Source: Camelus dromedarius (lineage: Eukaryota). From it: a DNA stretch of 64,000 bases. The notes beneath the pieces were generated by a model, which saw only the letters and a list, made by a program, of their open reading frames with translations, searched no databases and was not told the origin of the DNA. Made by a program: the position numbers and the translations under genes. The stretch is from the NCBI RefSeq assembly GCF_036321535.1, contig NC_087436.1, positions 25,732,001-25,796,000 on the forward strand, in the 5' to 3' direction. Of this stretch, positions 55,793 through 64,000 are shown one piece after another (position 1 is the first letter of the stretch; the number at the start of each line of letters is the position of its first letter).

Positions 55793-57159
55793 TTAAATTA
55801 AGAACTGAGATTCAACTCACTTAAGGGTTAGCTCTCCCCCTGCGTCCCTCAAATCTTAGCAGCAACTTGGGGAACACAATTTGCAGGCTTAGTTTCTGCC
55901 TCAGGATACGGCCCTGTTGGGAAGGAAATTTAAGAGACTGTGTAACAGTTCAGATAATTAACCCTAAAATCAACTTTGCTGCCATTGAGTTTAATGTTGC
56001 GATCATGTCTCAGATTTTGTCTAGGCTCCCTGTATGTGCCCATTTTCAGAATACTGGATCTTAGGTGCCTGTCTTTTTCTCTCCGTTGTAATATCTAATT
56101 TCACAACCTGTCTGGTTCAGAAGGCCTGAAGTCCTAAAATGAACAGCAGTTTACCTACATGCCTTGCATCTGGACTCAGCTGATTGCCTGTTGCCAGACC
56201 TTAAGTCACCTGCTGGAACTTGGCATTCTACCTTTGGCAGGACATCCCAAATGCTGATTGCCCACTCAGACAAAATTGGCCTAGCACCTGTCACTGTATT
56301 TCATGGACTCCAGCTCTTCCTGGCCTCCCACTGATGCTGCCTCCTGGCACCTGCACAGCTATGCCTCCATGTGTGTGGCCCTCCCATGGGCATTTATCCC
56401 ATTGTTTTGATCAGAATTCTACTAAACTCTATTTCTAGCCCACAAGTCTCATGATAATTTAGGATCCATTCTCATTTCCCAACCCTTGATCGTATGTTGA
56501 TAGCTTTGTTCCAATAAAGAGTTCATACTGTTCAGTGATTTTACATTGTATATTCTTGATTAGTCAATGGAAGACAGGGACAACAACATGAAGAGATGTA
56601 AAATGACGGATAAAAGGTCTAATAGTACTTTTTAAATGAAAATCTTATTTGACAAGTTTTATCTTTCCTTGTCTTTGACAAGCTATCATATCAAATTACA
56701 TCCTTTTGTCTTCTCAGTATGGTATGACATGATATTAAAAAGAAATCACTGTTTCACAAAGGATTTGAGAGCCGGCAATATCAGATGCGTAGCCTACCAA
56801 ATATATAATTAAGCACTTGATAGACTTCTTTTAACTGTATCATTAGACATGTTTCTACTGTTTAGAGTCTGGAGGTATACGTAGGTATATTTGATTGACC
56901 CTGTAGAATTTTCTTCAGTGAACCAATAAGTTTTCAAGACCATCATAGATCAGTACTATTAGTTTTGTCAATTATGTTTCACAAGTGACCTTCATAAATA
57001 AAAAATGGGGAGACCTTCATCTTTTCAGTATAAAATTATATAAGCATCTAAACCAAAAGCTTGAAAAGCAACAAGGACCATGGCTATAATTCACTTCATT
57101 TTTTTTTTCTTCAATGGATGTTAGGAAGAAAATAGACACACAGAGGCTAAGAAAAGGAA

Positions 57160-57340
57160 ACTAACCTTTGTTGTATGTTTACTCCAGGCCAGCCTCTGTG
57201 GAAAGCAACTTTTTAATTCTTATAAGAATTCTTTACAGTAAATTATTACCATTCCCAGAAGATTAAACAAACTCAGAGGAAATGAATAATTTGTTCATGA
57301 TTACATAGCTACCAATTGGTGGTACCTGTATTCATATATA
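57160..57340 (-). mobile_element. MIR SINE
   Basis: ATTATTACCATT...CTCAGAGGAAATGAATAATTTGTTCATGATTACATAGCTA. Confidence 0.55.
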
Positions 57341-60300
57341 TGTTGGGCTCATATAAAAATTCAAGGTTTTTATCTTAAAGAGTTCCAGTGTATTGAGATT
57401 TCTTAACTTCACCAACTTTTGTCTAGTAAAGCATTTTCTATTCTTTAATTTCACCAGATACACAGTAATTATTTAAGCTTCTTATAGCCATATGGTGTCA
57501 AGAAGACCATGAGTTCCTCCTACAAGGCATTTCACAACAAATGCTATGAGAAAGGTTATCATGTTATGTCAATCTACAAGAAGATTGTGAGATCCTATAT
57601 TAATACAAATTAATAACTAAGAATTTTTAAAATTCACAACTGCTTGTAAGAAATTTTAATGACTTTAATTTTGTATTCCAGTACCAAAAAAGTCACTATC
57701 CTTCATGTAGTGGAGAGATGTATGAGCTTTACAATTGAGTCTTACATTTCCTTTCCTCTTCAGCAGGAAAGAAAAATGCATTAAAGATTTATATTATAAA
57801 GCTTTGTTTTAAAACAAAAGTAATCACCATAAATGGCATGAAGAACGTGTTATTAGAGGTGACAGGATATATTGCATATGCCAGCTGGTATCTTTATTCT
57901 AGTCTCTAGAAAAAAGCAATTTTCAGCCAACTTAGGTAGAAGTGGTAAAAGGAGATTTGTGAATAAAATATGCACAAGACAATGGAAGCAGAGACATCCT
58001 CCTGCAGGAGCCGAGTGCCCATTATCACTCAGAATGCCATGGTCATCCTCCAGAGGTGGAGCCACCTCCTTTCTTGTCAACAAATGCTGCCATTGCAAAG
58101 GTGGAAGGACTTCAAGGAACATTCAATCACTGCTTCTTCACTGGGATATCTAAGAAGTTGTTCTAGAAATCTACTACTTCTTCATGACTTTGTAAAATTC
58201 CAGACGAAAGTTCAATCCAGTCACCATTAGATGACATCTAACGAAGTTTATCAGTTTTTCTCCCCTGATTCAAATCTTTTCAGAAATAGCAACTTATAAG
58301 GAAGATACTTTTTTGGGGTATTTTCTTTTCAACACTACCAAATAAGGACATTCTGAATTGCTGGAACCAATCAAAAGTTCAAAGGAAAGATTTAGTTTCT
58401 ATTCTGTACTTTTTGAAAACTAGTTTGAAAAACAGAGTAGTATATACTGAGGAGAAATCAAAAGCAAAATACTATCAAGTAGGTCTATATAATTCCTCAG
58501 GGAGAGACTGGCCAGCTGAAATTGAAGCAATATTTGGTAAAGATGATGGAGCAAGTGAAAAAAGCTCTTCTCTATGAAAAGATTCCAAGTTCTTCAGAGA
58601 CTTACTCATGGAAACACATTTATGAGTATATATTAATTTACAACCTGCTTTAACTATTTCAGTAAGTTACTCTGAAGCTCTTTTTCACAAAATCAGTTCT
58701 GTTCAAGCTCACTGTCAGAAATAAAAGCAAGATTTTAGAAATATTTCTACTTTTTAAGCATTAGGGGAAAATGTCCTCTACATTAAGGTAATCAAATCCA
58801 TTGCTCTTGGGGTTTTGGGGGGGTAGACTTATCAAATCCATAAAGAAAACTCTCCTAGAACTAACAGAATTAGATTACTTTTGAATTCTCACCCCAACTT
58901 TGAATAGTCACTAATTCCTTTCTTTGCTCTTTTGGTGTTTGCAAAGGGGTTCACTAAAGCCTGAACTGATATAATTATTGGCTTAGATTGTTCGAGATCT
59001 AGACCAGATGGCTATGGGTTTCTAAAGTCCCAGTTGCTTGTGGTAGTTTTCCTAGTTTGCCTATAGGGTTTGGAGATCAGCAATCTGAAAGGGCTACAAA
59101 CTTGTAAAACAGTATTATTCAAGGGGGCAGAATGTTCACCAGCGTGACCCAGTACTAACTACATTCATTATAGACATTTCTATTCTGCACAATTTGCCAC
59201 ACAGCACTGGTTTCTGGGTGGGGGGTGGGGGGAGACGGGGAAGACAATGGCTTATAAAATGATTTGAATGCCTAAAAAGAAGGAGAGTTCACGCTGAGAC
59301 TCCTCTGCTTTCTTTTTTAGCAAGAACCTTCTTAGTGAATTTAGCTGAGCTCTGCTGAGAGTAAGCAAAGTGGAAAAATCAGAAAATTGCTTTCTTAAAA
59401 AATATGTTTCTGGGGGGCAAAACAGAGAGTGGGAGAAAATAAATGGAAAAAAGTGACAGTGAGATTATGTGAAACAGCAAATATGCAAGTGGATGAAGAC
59501 AGCTAAGGAATAATGCAAGACGTATGAAAAAAAACAGCAAGACTAGAGCCATGATGATAAACTTAAAAGGAATTGCAGAGCAGAAAGAACATCATAAATA
59601 ATCATATTTTCAAATAAGAATACCATATCAGTTTCTGTGACCTGGATAGAGCACAAGCCTCCCATGATACTTCCTTAGCATTTTGATGCACACAAAATGC
59701 AATTTTCAGCTCAGGCATTTTATTCTTCAATGTAAACAAGCTTTGGGCTTTTAAAATACATATCCTAAAAACATTCTCATAAATAATACATATATTATAA
59801 AAATTTGACTTGTAAACGACTGAGTCCATGCCCCCAAGCCCCTTGCCCCACCCAGTATTCATTGTGAAGACTCACCATGTATAGATTCTCCCCTTTGGTA
59901 TAAAATGACATGCTAAAGCATGAAATGTCTTTTACCAAAGGTAAATAGGATTTTTGAACTACAGGACAAAGAAGTATCACAGCCAGTTTTGCCCAAACTC
60001 TAGGAAAGAAGTGTTATAACGTAGAACCGTACTGTTAATTAGTTTCAAATCCTAAGGTGTTCCTTTAAATCTTGCTAATTAAGAGAAATCAAGAGTGCAA
60101 AATAGCCCTTTACTTATCTTCAAAGAATGAAGATGAAAGAAAAACAGAAAATGAAACCTCTTTACTTGTTCTGTTCTTTAAAACAGAGCCCTAAGAATCT
60201 GCTTGTGCTCACACAAGGAGAAAGACCCAAGTCTTTCCAGAGGGGGAGGGGAAGGGGGCGGGCTGAGAAGCATAATTAGAAGCAAGTTTTCAAATTTTAT

Positions 60301-60489
60301 TAAATTCCTCCACCAGCAAAATACACTTAGAAGCATGTTAAGTTAAACCAGTACCCAAAGACTATGAAAAGCAAGATTACATGTTTGTGTAAGAAGAACG
60401 AGCAATTAAGAAAACCAGGACAATTTAAAATGCCATATAAATAAAAGCGACCAGAAGTTGATTTAAAGTTTTTCTTCTATAATTTGTCT

Positions 60490-60870
60490 TCCCTTTGTCG
60501 TGGCACGCTCAGAGAAAGTGAACGCAGTAGAAGGAGAAGAGGAGGGGGAGAGGGGTGGAGGAAGGGAGGAGCAGTGAAGGAGCCTCTCCCATCCTCCACC
60601 CCAGCCCCCAATGGCCCTGCTCGCTCCGCTCGCTCCCGCACCCCCAGCCCCCGCCCTCCTCCTCCCCGATTCTCTCTCCATCTCCCTCCCTCTCCCACCC
60701 GCCACTCCCGCCCGCCCTGCCCTCGCTTTGGGGACTCCATCAGCTTTTGATTTGGAAGGACGCTGATTGGCTGGAAGCGATTCAACACACGCCGGGCAAG
60801 AGAGCTTTGTCTGAGTTGAAGTGAAGTTGTACAGATTTTCGACTGGAGTCAGCAATCACGGGTGTTTAGT
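60490..60870 (+). promoter_or_regulatory. PCDH18: PCDH18 proximal promoter (GC/CpG-rich, no obvious TATA box)
   Basis: The only strongly GC/CpG-rich stretch in the window. GC boxes (CCCCGCCC near 60650, CCCGCCC near 60707), CCAAT near 60608, inverted NF-Y box CTGATTGGCT at 60763-60772, about 400-750 bp upstream of the ATG. Confidence 0.8.
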
Positions 60871-61247
60871 CTGCAGCCGAGCAGAGAAAGGGAGAAAGAA
60901 TCGCTCGGGAAAGATCCACCGCAGACTCTGCCGGCACCCTGCAATAGACGGATTCCGACTACACAAGGGGGAAAACGCGGAGGTGACACCTTTTTGCCTG
61001 CCAACAGGACAAACAGCCAAACAAATGCAAGGATTGGATGGACTCCACGCCGGTAATATCTGGAAGTCGTGACACGGTGTGTATGAAACAAAAGTTTGCG
61101 AGCTGTTAATTGCTGTGCTGTGTTATTAAGAGACGCTTTCAAGTTTCCAGTACCAAATGTAGCTTAGCTTTAAGTTGCCAAAGGAAGTTGAGGGAATTGC
61201 TTTGCTGTTTTACCTCGCTCTGTGAGAGGAATCTCATAAACTGACTG
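60860..61247 (+). other. PCDH18: PCDH18 5' UTR (start approximate) containing upstream ATGs
   Basis: Lies between the promoter and the ATG; uATGs at 61025, 61038, 61083 and 61157. TSS position is inferred, not observed. Confidence 0.6.
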
Positions 61248-63734
61248 ATGCACCAAATGAATGCTAAAATGCACTTTAGATTTGTGTTTGCACTCCTGGT
61301 GGTATCTTTCAACTCCGATGTACTAGGCAAGAATTTAAAATACAGGATTTATGAGGAGCAGAGGGTTGGATCGGTAATTGCAAGACTATCAGAGGATGTG
61401 GCTGATGTTTTAGTGAAGCTGCCTAATCCTTCTACTGTTCGTTTTCGAGCCATGCAAAGGGGAAATTCTCCTCTCCTCGTAGTAAATGAGGATAATGGGG
61501 AAATCAGCATAGGGGCAAAGATTGACCGTGAACAACTATGCCAGAAAAACTTAAACTGTTCTATAGAGTTTGATGTGATCACTCTACCGACTGAGCATCT
61601 GCAGCTTTTCCATATTGAAGTTGAAGTGCTGGATATTAATGACAATTCTCCCCAGTTTTCAAGATCTCTCATACCTATTGAGATCTCGGAGAGTGCAGCA
61701 GTCGGGACTCGTATTCCCCTGGACAGTGCCTTTGATCCAGATGTTGGGGAAAATTCCCTCCACACGTACTCTCTCTCAGCCAATGATTTTTTTAATATCG
61801 AGGTTCGGACCAGGACTGATGGAGCCAAGTATGCAGAGCTCATAGTGGTCAGAGAGCTGGATCGGGAGCTGAAGTCAAGCTACGAGCTTCAGCTCACCGC
61901 CTCGGACATGGGGGTGCCTCAGAGGTCTGGCTCATCCATCCTAAAAATCAGCATTTCTGACTCTAATGACAACAGCCCTGCTTTTGAGCAGCAGTCTTAT
62001 ATAATACAACTCTTAGAAAACTCCCCCGTTGGCACTTTGCTTCTAGACCTGAATGCCACTGATCCAGATGAGGGCGCTAATGGGAAAATTGTCTATTCCT
62101 TCAGCAGTCATGTGTCTCCCAAAATTATAGAGACTTTTAAGATTGATTCAGAAAGAGGACATTTGACTCTTTTCAAGCAAGTGGATTATGAAATCACCAA
62201 ATCCTATGAGATTGATGTTCAGGCTCAAGATTTGGGTCCGAATTCAATCCCAGCTCATTGCAAAATTATAATTAAGGTTGTGGATGTTAATGACAATAAA
62301 CCTGAAATTAACATAAACCTCATGTCTCCTGGAAAAGAAGAAATATCTTATATTTTTGAAGGGGATCCTGTTGACACATTTGTTGCCTTGGTCAGGGTTC
62401 AGGACAAGGATTCTGGGCTGAATGGAGAAATAGTTTGTAAGCTTCACGGACATGGTCACTTTAAACTTCAGAAGACTTATGAAAACAATTATTTAATCTT
62501 GACGAACGCCACGCTGGATAGAGAAAAGAGATCTGAATACAGTTTGACTGTAATCGCCGAGGACAAGGGGACACCCAGTCTCTCCACAGTAAAACATTTT
62601 ACTGTTCAAATCAATGATATAAATGACAATCCACCCCACTTCCAGAGGAGTCGATATGAATTTGCAATCTCGGAGAATAACTCGCCAGGGGCATATATCA
62701 CCACTGTTACAGCCACAGATCCTGATCTTGGAGAAAATGGGCAAGTTACATATACCATTTTGGAGAGTTTTATCCTCGGAAGTTCCATAACTACATACGT
62801 AACCATCGACCCATCTAATGGAGCCATCTATGCTCTCAGAATCTTTGATCATGAGGAAGTGAGTCAGATCACTTTTGTGGTTGAAGCAAGAGATGGTGGA
62901 AGTCCAAAGCAACTTGTAAGCAATACCACAGTTGTGCTCACCATCATCGATGAAAATGACAATGTCCCCGTGGTTATAGGGCCTGCACTGCGCAATAACA
63001 CCGCAGAAATCTCCATCCCCAGAGGGGCTGAAAGCGGCTTTCACATCACAAGAGTAAGGGCAATTGACAGAGACTCTGGTGTGAATGCTGAACTCAGCTG
63101 CTCCATAGTAGCAGGTAATGAGGAGAATATCTTTGTCATTGATCCACGATCATGTGACATCCATACCAACGTAAGCATGGAATCTGTTCCCTACACAGAA
63201 TGGGAGCTCTCAGTTGTCATCCAGGACAAAGGCAATCCTCAGCTGCATACCAAAGTCCTTCTGAAGTGTATCATCTTTGAATATGCAGAGTCAGTGACAA
63301 GTACAGCAATGACCTCAGTAAGCCAGACATCCTTGGATGTCTCCATGATTATAATTATTTCCTTAGGAGCAATTTGTGCAGTGTTGTTGGTTATTATGGT
63401 GCTGTTTGCAACTAGGTGTAACCGAGAAAAGAAAGACACGAGATCCTACAACTGCAGGGTGGCAGAATCAACTTACCAGCACCACCCAAAAAGACCCTCC
63501 AGACAGATTCATAAAGGGGACATCACGTTGGTGCCTACTGTAAATGGCACCCTGCCTATCAGATCTCATCACAGGTCGTCTCCGTCTTCATCTCCTACCT
63601 TAGAAAGAGGGCAAATGGGCAGCCGGCAGAGTCACAACAGTCACCAGTCCCTCAACAGTTTGGTGACAATCTCCTCGAACCACGTGCCAGAGAATTTCTC
63701 GTTAGAACTCACCCACGCCACCCCTGCTGTTGAG
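61248..63734 (+). CDS. PCDH18: Protocadherin-18 (delta-2 protocadherin), coding part of exon 1 (829 codons); the gene continues beyond the window
   Basis: Signal peptide (MHQMNAKMHFRFVFALLVVSF), six cadherin repeats with DRE/DxNDN/DxD calcium motifs, CQKNLNC in EC1, TM segment from about aa 700 (MIIIISLGAICAVLLVIMVLFA), cytoplasmic CNREKKDTRSYNCRVAESTYQHHPKRPSRQIHKGDI. I recognise the sequence as PCDH18. In-frame TGA at 61242-61244 precedes the ATG. Phase-0 donor GAG|GTAAGA at 63734/63735. Confidence 0.97.
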
Positions 63735-63740
63735 GTAAGA
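63732..63740 (+). other. PCDH18: 5' splice donor of PCDH18 intron 1
   Basis: GAG|GTAAGA follows ...HATPAVE; the sequence turns AT-rich and non-coding shortly afterwards. Confidence 0.92.
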
Positions 63741-64000
63741 TCATACCCTGCACCTAATCACTGACAAAGTCAGCTGTTAGTGATCAGAAGTTCTGTATGT
63801 GTTAGTTCTTAAACGCTTCCACTGATAAGTAACAATACTAACAATATGCATGTTAAATAGAATGCAACTTACATCATGTAGGTGTAACAAGTATATACAT
63901 CTTAACATAGTGTTTTAAGTTTCTTATAAAGAATTTCCTTGCATGTACTATATATAATATTGAAAAATAAGTGTGACGCTAGCAAAGGTCTACCTAATTA

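Noticed and set aside
57853..58250. Overlapping ORFs suggesting a processed pseudogene or transposase relic
   Set aside because: No recognisable protein in the frames I translated, and no poly-A or TSD.
401..60000. Dozens of 60-140 aa ORFs in the track
   Set aside because: No recognisable domains, many TTG/GTG starts that are not relevant in a mammal, and frequent overlap with decayed repeats; consistent with random ORFs.
60463..60855. Gly/Arg/Pro-rich ORFs on both strands
   Set aside because: By-product of GC-rich, stop-poor promoter sequence.
61349..63439. Antisense and alternate-frame ORFs (164, 183 aa, etc.) within PCDH18
   Set aside because: Shadow ORFs of a long coding exon with no independent support.
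1..64000. Prokaryote-type systems (CRISPR arrays, operons, defence islands) or a novel multi-gene system
   Set aside because: The sequence is clearly mammalian, with one coding exon and no regularly spaced repeat-spacer array.

Overview
AT-rich, CpG-depleted mammalian genomic DNA, probably camelid judging by a Vic-1-like tRNA-derived SINE and the L1 3' ends. About 60 kb is gene-poor sequence upstream of PCDH18. The window ends with the PCDH18 GC-rich promoter, 5' UTR and large first coding exon (61248-63734, + strand), then the start of intron 1. The upstream region holds mostly ancient repeats (MIR, L2, old L1, MaLR/ERVL LTRs, MER5A/MER20/MER103, a probable CR1 relic), four short younger L1 3' stubs, one SINE and several microsatellites. 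The other ORFs in the track look like noise. I found no evidence of a new multi-gene system. The most notable observations are: a U6 snRNA-L1 chimeric retrocopy with a clear TSD nested in an older L1; an L1 stub flanked by a ~65-bp direct repeat; a near-perfect 17-bp inverted repeat and G4 motifs at the PCDH18 promoter; a uORF-rich 5' UTR; and two CpG-retaining distal elements sharing GCTCGCGTG. Repeat families were assigned by eye from remembered consensus sequences, and their boundaries are approximate.
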